Source of the DNA: a virus
Lineage: Duplodnaviria; Caudoviricetes
Strand: one strand, 5' to 3'
DNA: 35,426 nt
IMG/VR virus record: IMGVR_UViG_3300017743_000047
Location: 1-35,426 of that record
Shown here piece by piece: positions 24,715-34,538 of this stretch. Position numbers and translations under genes: made by a program. The notes under the pieces are model-generated. The model did not search any database. It saw only the letters and a program-made list of their open reading frames with translations, and was not told the origin of the DNA. Within the stretch, counting starts at the first letter, position 1. Each line of letters begins with the position of its first letter.

Positions 24715-25274
24715 TGAGCAATGTATCAGACGTCTTAAACGACATAGATAATAATGTAGCCTATTATAATCCTTCAGAAGATACTAGTGGTAAAAAATAT
24801 GCTACTATCGAAGAAGGTTCATATGAAGCTGTAGTTAGTAAATTGGTTATTAAAAAAGATATCGTAGTTAGGAATCAATATCTAAGCGACATCTTTGAAG
24901 CTACCTATAAGTTAGATGATAGTAGACATGCTGACTTAAAAGGTAGAGAAGTCAAGTCTAAAGGGTACTTTAGATTTAAGACTCCTGACAAAGCAAAGCA
25001 CCCTAAGCTTGAAGACAATCAAGGAAACAATAAAGGGTATATGATATTCGCAGAAGCTTGTGGATTTGATATGAAGAAAGATGACCAAGGTAGATATTTG
25101 TTACCTATGGTTATGGAATCTGATATAGCAGGCAATCCAGTAACTATCAAGGTAGTTCACGACAAGTGGACTGACCAGTCAGGAGAAGAAAGAGTAACGC
25201 CTACCGCTATCAACGTTTTTAAATCTAATAGAAAAGTTGATAAACCAGTAGCTCAAGACGAGTTGCCTTTCTAA
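24714..25274 (+). CDS. Single-stranded DNA-binding protein (phage type)
   Basis: IEEGSYEAVV start, beta-rich body, C-terminal QDELPF; follows the annealase. Confidence 0.7.
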   Translation: MSNVSDVLNDIDNNVAYYNPSEDTSGKKYATIEEGSYEAVVSKLVIKKDIVVRNQYLSDIFEATYKLDDSRHADLKGREVKSKGYFRFKTPDKAKHPKLEDNQGNNKGYMIFAEACGFDMKKDDQGRYLLPMVMESDIAGNPVTIKVVHDKWTDQSGEERVTPTAINVFKSNRKVDKPVAQDELPF

Positions 25275-25507
25275 TGAAATATAATATCAGATTAGACGAA
25301 GAGCAATTTATGTCTTTGATTGAAATGATAGAGAAACACAGATGTGAAGGCGAAGACGATATTTGTTCTAATGTCCGCACATCTGTGAAAGCTCAATTTC
25401 AAAATCAGTTTATGGAAAAAGAGGAGCAAGCTACAGTAGAGGCTGATGATATACTTGACGCAGCTAAGAAGACTCTTGGTCCAGGATACTGCGACAACTG
25501 TGAATAA
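25274..25507 (+). CDS. Hypothetical protein
   Basis: 77 aa ending in CDNCE; TAATG-coupled. Confidence 0.75.
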   Translation: MKYNIRLDEEQFMSLIEMIEKHRCEGEDDICSNVRTSVKAQFQNQFMEKEEQATVEADDILDAAKKTLGPGYCDNCE

Positions 25508-25758
25508 TGGATATTAGTAAATGGAATTCCATTATGAAATCTTTTCAAGACCTTATGGGATATAAAGAGGGAACGACAGAAGTTCTTGTTACGAAGAGAT
25601 TTAGTCACATTGGATTTAAGGACATAGAAACAATAAGTGGGCGAGAAGAGAAATACCTCGTCCACATATTAAGATTAAGATATAGGGAGATATCAGATGA
25701 CATTAAAAGAAACGAAGATAAGGGAAAAGATAGAAAAAACGGGCATAACGTCAACTAA
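25507..25758 (+). CDS. Hypothetical protein
   Basis: 83 aa; TAATG-coupled. Confidence 0.7.
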   Translation: MDISKWNSIMKSFQDLMGYKEGTTEVLVTKRFSHIGFKDIETISGREEKYLVHILRLRYREISDDIKRNEDKGKDRKNGHNVN

Positions 25759-25930
25759 CGAATGCTTTGTAAGATATAGAGCTTTTCCTTCTTTCACAAA
25801 AAAAGTAGTATTAAAGATGATTAACGAAGGATACAACATAAGTATTGTCAATGACAGCATAGATTTGTCGTTTTTTTGGCTAGACTGCACGAATAATGTT
25901 GTTTTTCCTAAAAAAAGAGCTTTAAACTAA
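25697..25930 (+). CDS. Hypothetical protein
   Basis: 77 aa with an AGGGAG SD. Confidence 0.65.
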   Translation: MTLKETKIREKIEKTGITSTNECFVRYRAFPSFTKKVVLKMINEGYNISIVNDSIDLSFFWLDCTNNVVFPKKRALN

Positions 25931-25939
25931 AATTAAGTA

Positions 25940-26025
25940 CGAGGTTGCCCTTCTATGGACGAAACACATATTAGTCGACAGTTATGTCGAAAGTGTAATT
26001 ATAAACGCTTAGAGGGGTATTCTCG
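25940..26025 (+). promoter_or_regulatory. Long stem-loop element before the nuclease genes
   Basis: CGAGG-U-UGCCCUUCUA pairs with UAGAGGGGUA-U-UCUCG (15 bp), enclosing UCGACA-GUUA-UGUCGA. Confidence 0.55.
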
Positions 26026-26037
26026 AAAGGAAAAAAT

Positions 26038-26439
26038 TTGAAAAGACCGATAAAATATAAAGATAGGTTCACACAACCTATAATATTTGATGGATTGCAA
26101 AATGGGCTTGTATCGCCTACAGATATAGACTTTTGCTTTGAAGTTAGTAATCAATTCTTGTTAATAGGAGATTGTAAAAAAGACGACGCACCGTTTCCTG
26201 TTGGACAAAGACTAGTAATAGAAAGAATTGTTGACAACTGGAAAGCGACAAGGAAAATATCTCTTGGTGTTATAGCCACACATAGCACAAGCCCTGAGCA
26301 ACCCATAGTCTTGGCAAACACTGTTGTCACTAAAGTTTATTACAATAGGGAATGGAAAGACACTTTTATGGTGTTTGACGATTTTGTTAGAAGAACAGCA
26401 GAAAGATTTGATATAGATAAACTAAAACATTTGAGTTGA
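26038..26439 (+). CDS. Putative PD-(D/E)XK-fold protein
   Basis: PTDIDFCFE...LLIGDCK...GQR. TTG start after GAAAGGA. Confidence 0.55.
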   Translation: MKRPIKYKDRFTQPIIFDGLQNGLVSPTDIDFCFEVSNQFLLIGDCKKDDAPFPVGQRLVIERIVDNWKATRKISLGVIATHSTSPEQPIVLANTVVTKVYYNREWKDTFMVFDDFVRRTAERFDIDKLKHLS

Positions 26440-26470
26440 CTGAAGAAAGAATAAATAAGTATATTTTTAT

Positions 26471-26809
26471 ATGGCAAGTAAATCAAAAGCAAAAGGTAAC
26501 AGATTCGAAAGAGAATGCGTAGACATTGCTGAGCAACACGGCTTTAATTCAAAAAGAGCTTGGGGTAGCGACGGCAGAAGTATAGGTATGTCTCCAGAGG
26601 TTGATTTAATTATCGACTATCTATTAGACAAGGACACTTCAAGAACAATGAAGGTTCAATGTAAAGTTAGAAAGTCTATAGCAAGTTATCTTTTACCACC
26701 AGACGATTGCGATATCACTCTTATCAAACAAGATAGAGGAGAAATATACGCTACTATTCGATATAAAGACTTGTTGGAGTTAATCCAACAGACTTTCCAA
26801 CTCAACTAA
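26471..26809 (+). CDS. Holliday junction resolvase (Hjc-like)
   Basis: SKSKAKGNRFERE, VDL and VQCK. Confidence 0.8.
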   Translation: MASKSKAKGNRFERECVDIAEQHGFNSKRAWGSDGRSIGMSPEVDLIIDYLLDKDTSRTMKVQCKVRKSIASYLLPPDDCDITLIKQDRGEIYATIRYKDLLELIQQTFQLN

Positions 26810-26833
26810 TCACATTTAAATAGGGAGATTAAT

Positions 26834-27193
26834 ATGAGAAGTGTCTTTAATTATAAGACTACAGATGAATGGGAACGCGAAAAAGCAGAGTTTATGACTT
26901 ACTATAGTTATCTAAAGCAAACAGACCCTGAAAATTATGAGGATTGGTTTGATAAAGATATAATAGACTTGTACGTAAAAGGAAAAAGGAATCCATATTT
27001 TTCTGCTCAAAGAGCAAAGCCTAGCCACGAGAATGTTTCTATGGTTAGAGTACCCACTAGATGTCCATTGTGTAAAAAAGCCTGGGCTATAGAAATGCAA
27101 GACAATAATAAATTTGAGCCTGGATATTTAGACCAGTCTGTATACAAAACAATACCAATGGTGAAAGGAGTGTGTCATAAATGCAAGGATTAG
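26834..27193 (+). CDS. Zn-binding hypothetical protein upstream of the helicase
   Basis: CPLC...CHKC; AGGGAG SD. Confidence 0.7.
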   Translation: MRSVFNYKTTDEWEREKAEFMTYYSYLKQTDPENYEDWFDKDIIDLYVKGKRNPYFSAQRAKPSHENVSMVRVPTRCPLCKKAWAIEMQDNNKFEPGYLDQSVYKTIPMVKGVCHKCKD

Positions 27194-28491
27194 GAATATT
27201 TAGCGACGAAGCTGAAAAAGCAGTATTAGGTTGTATATTGAAAGACGATAAGTGTTTTGATGTAGCAAAAGAATATATATTAGAAAGCGACGCTTTTTAT
27301 ATTGATAAAAACAAAAAGATTTGGGAAGCTATTTTAGAGCTTAAGTCAGAAAATATACCAACTGATATTGTAAATATATCTACCAAGATAAAAGGAATTA
27401 CATACTACCTAAGTGGGTTAACAGAAATTCCTACAACTGCACACTTAGAGTCTTACTCAAAACAAATACACTCAGACTGGCTAAGAAGAAAACTTGTTAA
27501 ACAGTCTTATGAAATAGTAAATAAGGCATCTGATGATAATAATGATATAAGCTCTTTACTTGTAGATGTTCATGACACAACAAGCAATATGCTAAACTTA
27601 GAGCCTGGTCAAAGATTTGATTTAGACACATTATTATCTATGACAAAAGATTCTTTGTTTTCAAAAAGGAATTTAACCACTACTGGTTTTGCTCCTATAG
27701 ATAATATTATATCTGGAATGACTAAAGGGGAAATAACCATTTTTGCTGGACGACCTGGGAATGCTAAGACTACCACAGTTGCCAACATAGCTAGAAATCT
27801 CGTGTTGTCTGGCAAGAAGGTTGTTATGTTCAATAGAGAAATGCCTAATACTGAAATGATGAAAAAGTTTATTGCTATGGAATCAGAAGGTATTACGTAT
27901 CATATGTTAAGACATAATGCTGTCACTAGTAAATCAGAAATTGAAAAAAGTTTAAATACTATTAAAGAAAAGTATACTGACAAACTATTTATGTTTGACA
28001 ACATACGTAATTTAGAGGGAACTTTTAGAGAGATAAGACGTATAAAACCAGACGTGGTTATTGACGACCATATCGGTCTTATAGAATATCCTACCAATGA
28101 CATGAGAGATTTAAGACTTAAAATAGGTGATACATCAAGAAGATATAAATGGTTATGTAAATCAGAACAACTTTCAGTTATTTTGGTTTCACAACTTAAT
28201 CGTAATATAGAGTATAGGACAGAAAGAATTCCTAAACTTAGTGACCTTGCTGAGTCTGGTAATTTAGAACAAGATGCAGAGATTGTAGCATTTACACATT
28301 ATCCTTGGACTGTAAACTTTGAGAATGCAAAGAACGGAAAGTATGGATTAGATATTGTTGTGGCTAAAAATAGATATGGGTCAACTGGGAAAGCAACGGT
28401 TGGGTTCTCACCAGATTGTTGTACGTTGTTTGATACTGTGGAAGAAGCAGAAGCAAGTGTTGCGAAGCAGATGCCAGACGTTCCATTCTAA
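27181..28491 (+). CDS. dnaB: DnaB-family replicative helicase
   Basis: EAEKAVLG N-domain, TTGF..ID, AGRPGNAKTT, REM, SQLNR, LSDLAESGNLEQDA and KNRYG. Confidence 0.93.
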   Translation: MQGLGIFSDEAEKAVLGCILKDDKCFDVAKEYILESDAFYIDKNKKIWEAILELKSENIPTDIVNISTKIKGITYYLSGLTEIPTTAHLESYSKQIHSDWLRRKLVKQSYEIVNKASDDNNDISSLLVDVHDTTSNMLNLEPGQRFDLDTLLSMTKDSLFSKRNLTTTGFAPIDNIISGMTKGEITIFAGRPGNAKTTTVANIARNLVLSGKKVVMFNREMPNTEMMKKFIAMESEGITYHMLRHNAVTSKSEIEKSLNTIKEKYTDKLFMFDNIRNLEGTFREIRRIKPDVVIDDHIGLIEYPTNDMRDLRLKIGDTSRRYKWLCKSEQLSVILVSQLNRNIEYRTERIPKLSDLAESGNLEQDAEIVAFTHYPWTVNFENAKNGKYGLDIVVAKNRYGSTGKATVGFSPDCCTLFDTVEEAEASVAKQMPDVPF

Positions 28492-28902
28492 TTATTTTTT
28501 TATCTTGTTATAATAAAAATCGTAAGCTTTTTTAGCTAATAAGTATCTTTGGTCTGACTGAGGAAGTCCTTGTTCTATAAGTCTAACACTATTATAAAAG
28601 AATGATTGGTCTCTACCAAACTCGTCTAAAATTTCTCTGCTGAATCCAGCTTTTTTCCAGTCTGATTGTTTACCACCAATCTTTTTAGCTAAAGAAGGGA
28701 TTAATTTAGCAAGAGGTCTTCTTCCTATTGTTCCTGCTAATCCTAATCCAGGAACAGCTGTAGACATTACGTCTCCCAACAAAGACGAACTCAATTTACC
28801 CGACTCTTCATCAACGGAATACGATTGCATGTTTCTTAAAACATTTTGCATCATACTTGACAGGGTATTTTCTGTATTTTTTGTCTCTACGTTTTGGTTC
28901 AT
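28492..28902 (-). CDS. Hypothetical protein (possible internal virion protein)
   Basis: 136 aa with Gly-rich AVPGLGLAGTIG; ATGA-coupled. Confidence 0.7.
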   Translation of the reverse strand: MNQNVETKNTENTLSSMMQNVLRNMQSYSVDEESGKLSSSLLGDVMSTAVPGLGLAGTIGRRPLAKLIPSLAKKIGGKQSDWKKAGFSREILDEFGRDQSFFYNSVRLIEQGLPQSDQRYLLAKKAYDFYYNKIKK

Positions 28903-29570
28903 TTGCCAGCTTTTTTAAGTAGGTCTATCAAAGTCTCATAGCCCATTTGATTGTAAAAATAACTCTCCGAACTTCTAGCTCCAGATTCTCTAGCTTGTCT
29001 ATCAATAGCTTTCATAATATTTCTAACTACGTTTTGCTCTGAAGTTCTTCTAGAAATAGGAGTTTGAGTTAAATTAGGAAGAGACTCCATAGGTTCAACT
29101 GAACCACCTTTAGAAGTCAGGTTTCTGTTTCTAATCAAAAATTGTCCTTGAGTTGGAAGGTCTTGTGGAGTTAATTTTAATGCTTTTTTTTCTGAAAATC
29201 TTTTGAATAACTCTTGTTGTCCAGGTGTTGTTTCTCCTGCAAATTCAGAAGGTTGACTTCTTCTTTTAAGACCAGCAAGAACGTCTCCCATTTCTGGTTT
29301 GCCTCTGCCTAGTAATTCTCTTAATATATCTAATATGTTTTTACCACCTTTTGCAACTGCTTTACCTGCAGTCTTTATACCGCCGCCTGGTTCTACTGCT
29401 CCCATAATTAATTGCATCATCTCTGGTGTCATAGCTTGTCCTCTTTGAGACTCCATATAGTCTTCTCTTGATTTTATAGTACCAAATAACTGGTCTAAAA
29501 CATCGTCAGACATAGCACTTTTGTCTCCAAAGTAATCTACGTAATCTTTTATTGTTAATTTATCTGCCAT
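28899..29570 (-). CDS. Hypothetical protein (possible internal virion protein)
   Basis: 223 aa with GAVEPGGGIKTAGKAVAKGG; AAGGA SD. Confidence 0.7.
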   Translation of the reverse strand: MADKLTIKDYVDYFGDKSAMSDDVLDQLFGTIKSREDYMESQRGQAMTPEMMQLIMGAVEPGGGIKTAGKAVAKGGKNILDILRELLGRGKPEMGDVLAGLKRRSQPSEFAGETTPGQQELFKRFSEKKALKLTPQDLPTQGQFLIRNRNLTSKGGSVEPMESLPNLTQTPISRRTSEQNVVRNIMKAIDRQARESGARSSESYFYNQMGYETLIDLLKKAGK

Positions 29571-29579
29571 AATATATCC

Positions 29580-32500
29580 TTATTGTTGTAATATTCCTTT
29601 AATAGAAGGCTCTGCTTCTTTTTGTTTTTTCTTTTTTTGTCTCTCTAAAAATTTTTCAATTTGCTTTTCTGTAGCGTCTGCTGGTAATCTACCGTCAATC
29701 ATCATTCCTCTTAGTGCAATATCATCAGGGTCTGCTTCATAGTATTTTCTGTTCTCTTTAATAAATTCTCCATAAGCTGTCATAATTTTATCATCATTTG
29801 TATAATCATCTACATCAATTTTTAATGTTGGAAATCTTCTAACATATATAGAGCTATTCCAAGTAGCTATTTGTTCTCTTGCTTCCTGGAATGTTCCTTC
29901 ATAGGATTTTAATTTTCTAGGTTCAATACCAATCTCTGGGTTTCCGTCATCTGAATATGAAAATAATAATTTTCTATTAATATCTCTCACAATACCTTGC
30001 TTCATTGAAGCTACTTTAGCTCTTTCAAATCCTTCTGGATAAGCTGCTATCTCTTCATTTGTAAGAGGGTTTATTATAGGAGAGTAATGATATCTTTTAA
30101 AGAAGTTGTTAGGACCAGAACCCATTACAGGACCTATTTCTCTTGCAAGCTTTCTCATTTTAATACTCATAGGGTCATCTTCTTGGAAGAATAATTTTTC
30201 TACTAAACCAGATTGGTATTCTTTTCCATACAATGTAGTATAAACTCTTTGTAAATCGTCTAAAATAAGAGGTTTTAATAAGAATCCAGCTGTGTCATAA
30301 AGTCTTTCTGTGTTAGCCATCATCTCTCCATATGTACCTAACATACCTCCAGCAGCAGCATACTCAAGTCCATCTTGTAAATCTAAACCAGTTCCTTGAC
30401 CTTTTATCGTGTTGTTTAGTTTTTCAAAAAAGTTTCTTTGTTCTCTTTGTCCATAGAAAGCTCTGTCTCCTGATAAAGCTTGCTTATATGCATCTAGCAT
30501 TGTCGCAGCCATAGCTCCTCCGAATGTTCCGCTTGCAATAGTCTGTAAAGGATTTAAAACGTTTCCATTTTCTACTTCCCACTTCATCATATTTAACATA
30601 TATTTACCTTGTCTGATTGGGAATCTTTTAAACAATAGTAAAGACTTAGTATACTGGTCGTTAAAAGCTAATGCGTCTAACTCAAAGTTTCTACCCATCT
30701 GAGAATCTTGTGCGTATTTTTCCATACCTCCCATGAGTCTTTGTTTCATTTTAACTTGAGCTACTGTATTGTATTGTCTATTAATAATAGATTCTTTAAA
30801 TTTTAAAACTTGTTTAGGGTCTAGTCCAAAAACATCTCTTAGCTTAGCTTCAGCATATTTTTTTCTTTGTTTTTTTGTTAATCCTGGAAGATTTAAGTCT
30901 ATACCAGCTTCTCCGTCTAACATTTTTGTTAGCTTTATAATGTAATCTTCTGAAGCAGCTCCAGCTATCATCTTATTAAATACGTTAATAGCCTGGAATG
31001 GTTTAGCAACAACGTCTTTCAACGCTTGAGAATATTCTCTGTATCCATATTCTCTTAAAGTCTTTCTAGAATAATCAGTAGTTAAATTAGCAAGCTGTCT
31101 AGCCTGACCTCTTTGCAAAGCTCTACTACCTCCTAGTAGTTCGTCATACAAATTCAAAGCAGTAACACCTGAACGTTTTACCATATCTCTAACTTGAGGA
31201 TTGAAAGCATAGTTTGTTAGCCCTCTAACAACTGACATAGGTCCAAGTTGAGGTAAAGTAGAAATAAATGTCTGAGTCATATTAGGTATAACCGCAGTAC
31301 CTAAATTAATCTTAGTCATAAATTCAAATTCGGCTATACCAAATCCTGCTTTTGTAAAAATATTTTGTCTGTTAAAAGCATTCTCTCCAGTAATAGATTC
31401 TTTAATAACTCTAATAGCATCTCTTTCTTTTAATACTAAAGGAGGTATATCTGAACCACTTCCACCTTCACTTCCAATAACTTTAGCTACAGTAGCTCTT
31501 ACGCCTTTCATTTCAGCACTATCTGGTATTCTTTTTATCAAGGTTTCAAACAGGGCACCTTTAGGCAAAAACATTTTATTTAACTCAACAGTTTTTGTAG
31601 CACCGTTTATATAGTCTGTATACAATGTTAACAAGTTTCTATCTAATAACTCGCTTTTTGATTTCATAATTGCAGCCATAACATCAACATCCTTACCTCC
31701 ACCTAAAAACTTTTTACTTTTTTCAAGAGGTGCATAAGTTTTAAAACCATCGTTGTATATTGTTGAATTTATATTAGCCCAAACATCATAGTCTGGAACT
31801 GTAGAATCTAAAGCATCCTTACTTAAGTTTTGTCTTGTAAGTTTCCATATCTCAGAAACAGCCTGTTCTTCTGGTTTTTTAGACTTTGCAAGTCTTTCTA
31901 CCCACTCTGTCATTTCTTGTTGAACTTTTTCTTTCTGAGTATCGTCTAGATATCTTAATGCATTTTCCCTATCTAAAGAAAGTTCTCCTGTTATAGCCTT
32001 TACTTTTTGGTCTAATGTTAACATATTTGTATAGATAGCATCTCTTATAGGCTTTTTAATAACCGAAGGTCTATACCATTTTTGTCTACCAGCTACTTTT
32101 ATCTTTGCTTCTATAGCATCATCATATAGAGGGTCCATAATTCTTTTTATGTCTTTAAAAACTTTAAGTCTTCTTTCTAAGAATATTTTATCTTCTTTAG
32201 AGATACGGTCCATACCACCTTTTTTCTCAGATTTGTTTATAATTTTTTTAGTTTCTCTTGATAGCTGTGCATAGAAATCTTTATTAGCTAACTGTCCAGC
32301 TTGAAGTTTTTCATATTCTTTCCAACCAGAAGGAATAACTTTTCCATTTGTAAGAGTAATATCTTCTCCTACAATCCACTTTTCTAAATTTTTATTCTGA
32401 AACGGATTATATCCAAACATTCTAGAAACAGGTGCAATGCTTTTTTTCAAACTTAATACAGAAGTATCCATACCAAGTGCTAACTGAAGGTCTACAATTC

Positions 32501-34535
32501 TATTTGTTGTTCTTGAAACAACATTTCTATCTACCTTACCTAACATCTTAAGAACTGTTTTAGATACTGGGTGTGATAAGTCTGCTTGTAATGAACCAAA
32601 TACTGACCTTCCTATGTTTTCAAATACTCCTTCTCCTGCTACTCCAGCTAAATTTTCTAACGTAGAACCAAACTCCTCTTTAATATATTTTTCGTGAGTT
32701 TTTATTAAAGCTAAGTCTCCAAACTGCTCTGTAACAAGTCTCATTTCTATGTCAGACATTTCATTTATGCTTGGAAGTTTATTAGGGTTTTGGAATTTTT
32801 TTATATCATATTCCCCGCCAACATTAAAAATAGCTTTTTCCCAGTCTCCTTTTTTAAGTTCATTTTTACCTGAGAAAGAATCTTCTCTTAAGCCTTCTAA
32901 TGTTTTTCTTCTTATTCTAGTAAGAGCAAACTTTTGTCTAAATACTCCCTTATTATTTGCTTCAAATCTTTTTCTTAGTCCAGGCTGTGAAGTGTAGAAC
33001 TTTAAAAATAAATCAGAATTTGCTTCATCCAATCTATAAGTTAATCTTCCTGCCTTTACATCAAAACGTATTCCCTTGTCTGTTGCCTTAAAACTTTTTC
33101 TATCTATTACAACATCTAAATCTTTTGCTATCTCTCTTGAACCTGCTAGAGTTCCGTCTGCTAAAACAATATTACCTTTAATATTTGCTCCCATATATGG
33201 ACCAGTAGCCATTCCTTTTGGAAGCTGTCTTGAGTTTAATCTTTTAATAGCCATATCTGACTGTTCTGTATCGTAACCTACGAGTTGTTGATTACCATCT
33301 TTGTCCATTTCAAATATAGGTTTTGATTCTAGCTCAACTTCTCCTTCTACTTTAATTAGAGGGTCTTGAACTCTTGTATAAACATCAGAACGTCTTCTAG
33401 TATATCCAGCTAAATCTACTCCTTCTTTTCTAGCTTCGGCTATCTCTTCTGTAGTCATTCCTCTTGTAGGTTTTCCTGCTCTAACTTTACCAGTCTTATA
33501 AATATTTGCTATATTCCCAGGTATATAAGAAGCTGATACAATACCAACCATTGCAGATGCAAGTCCTACTTCTCCACCTTCTATATCTTCTATAACTTTC
33601 TTAAATTCTGGCTCTATAACATATGCACCTCCGAGAGCTCCAGCTACTTCTCCTGCTATACCATAACCTTGCCCTTTCTTGGTAACTGCTACACCTCTGT
33701 CGGATTTCTTCATTATTGGACCAAGCAAGCCTCCTCTAGTATACCTATTTGCTCCATAACCCAAAGCCCCTGTTAAACCAATACCATAACCTTTAGCAAA
33801 GTCTTTAAAACTAGCAGCTTTTACAATATCTTTTGCTAATAAATTATATCTTTCAGATTGACTCAATCCATCAAACTTTGACAAATCGTAATCTGAATTT
33901 AATACTTGTTCTTTTACATTCATAGCTCCACCATAAAGACCATCAAAAGAAGCAAAGTAAGCACTTTCTGTGGTAGCTATTCTAGTTAGATTTTTTGTGA
34001 ATGAAGGTAAAGCTCTTTTAGGCATAACGTTATTCTTAACCATTTGATTACCTATAAACTTTACAAGCTTTTCTCCTCCAAGTTTTTGTGCTACTTTTCC
34101 TCCAAGGCCTCCTCCTACAGCTGCTAAAGCTATATTTTCTTTAGTAGGAACAAACAAAGATAAAGCCTGAGTTCCCATATCAAACAATCTACCATTGTCA
34201 TTCAAAGGAACGTCAAACATTTTTTTACCAGACATGATTTGAACCATAGTTCCTTTTACGCTTTTATTGTAAGCTTCTTTAATAAAGTCGTTAGCATACT
34301 TGTCTACGGCCATATAGTGAACTTCTTCTACTATTTCAGAAAAAGTAGAACCTTCATTTAGCTTTGCAAAAGGGTCTTGGACGTATGTAGATTCTTGGAC
34401 AGCAGAAAAACCTGCTGTTAGGTCTATGTTTTTTAAGGTGTCTTTTGCGACCTTTATAGAGTCTGGAGCACTAGGTAGTCCAGCTGATAAATCTATATCT
34501 GTCGGTAGAGACTGATTGTTATCGCCGTTAGCCAT
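29580..34535 (-). CDS. Large internal virion / DNA-ejection protein
   Basis: 1651 aa, helical, with Gly/Ala-rich hydrophobic segments near both ends. Position near the end of the structural operon is typical of podoviral ejection proteins. Confidence 0.65.
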   Translation of the reverse strand: MANGDNNQSLPTDIDLSAGLPSAPDSIKVAKDTLKNIDLTAGFSAVQESTYVQDPFAKLNEGSTFSEIVEEVHYMAVDKYANDFIKEAYNKSVKGTMVQIMSGKKMFDVPLNDNGRLFDMGTQALSLFVPTKENIALAAVGGGLGGKVAQKLGGEKLVKFIGNQMVKNNVMPKRALPSFTKNLTRIATTESAYFASFDGLYGGAMNVKEQVLNSDYDLSKFDGLSQSERYNLLAKDIVKAASFKDFAKGYGIGLTGALGYGANRYTRGGLLGPIMKKSDRGVAVTKKGQGYGIAGEVAGALGGAYVIEPEFKKVIEDIEGGEVGLASAMVGIVSASYIPGNIANIYKTGKVRAGKPTRGMTTEEIAEARKEGVDLAGYTRRRSDVYTRVQDPLIKVEGEVELESKPIFEMDKDGNQQLVGYDTEQSDMAIKRLNSRQLPKGMATGPYMGANIKGNIVLADGTLAGSREIAKDLDVVIDRKSFKATDKGIRFDVKAGRLTYRLDEANSDLFLKFYTSQPGLRKRFEANNKGVFRQKFALTRIRRKTLEGLREDSFSGKNELKKGDWEKAIFNVGGEYDIKKFQNPNKLPSINEMSDIEMRLVTEQFGDLALIKTHEKYIKEEFGSTLENLAGVAGEGVFENIGRSVFGSLQADLSHPVSKTVLKMLGKVDRNVVSRTTNRIVDLQLALGMDTSVLSLKKSIAPVSRMFGYNPFQNKNLEKWIVGEDITLTNGKVIPSGWKEYEKLQAGQLANKDFYAQLSRETKKIINKSEKKGGMDRISKEDKIFLERRLKVFKDIKRIMDPLYDDAIEAKIKVAGRQKWYRPSVIKKPIRDAIYTNMLTLDQKVKAITGELSLDRENALRYLDDTQKEKVQQEMTEWVERLAKSKKPEEQAVSEIWKLTRQNLSKDALDSTVPDYDVWANINSTIYNDGFKTYAPLEKSKKFLGGGKDVDVMAAIMKSKSELLDRNLLTLYTDYINGATKTVELNKMFLPKGALFETLIKRIPDSAEMKGVRATVAKVIGSEGGSGSDIPPLVLKERDAIRVIKESITGENAFNRQNIFTKAGFGIAEFEFMTKINLGTAVIPNMTQTFISTLPQLGPMSVVRGLTNYAFNPQVRDMVKRSGVTALNLYDELLGGSRALQRGQARQLANLTTDYSRKTLREYGYREYSQALKDVVAKPFQAINVFNKMIAGAASEDYIIKLTKMLDGEAGIDLNLPGLTKKQRKKYAEAKLRDVFGLDPKQVLKFKESIINRQYNTVAQVKMKQRLMGGMEKYAQDSQMGRNFELDALAFNDQYTKSLLLFKRFPIRQGKYMLNMMKWEVENGNVLNPLQTIASGTFGGAMAATMLDAYKQALSGDRAFYGQREQRNFFEKLNNTIKGQGTGLDLQDGLEYAAAGGMLGTYGEMMANTERLYDTAGFLLKPLILDDLQRVYTTLYGKEYQSGLVEKLFFQEDDPMSIKMRKLAREIGPVMGSGPNNFFKRYHYSPIINPLTNEEIAAYPEGFERAKVASMKQGIVRDINRKLLFSYSDDGNPEIGIEPRKLKSYEGTFQEAREQIATWNSSIYVRRFPTLKIDVDDYTNDDKIMTAYGEFIKENRKYYEADPDDIALRGMMIDGRLPADATEKQIEKFLERQKKKKQKEAEPSIKGILQQ

Positions 34536-34538
34536 TGA

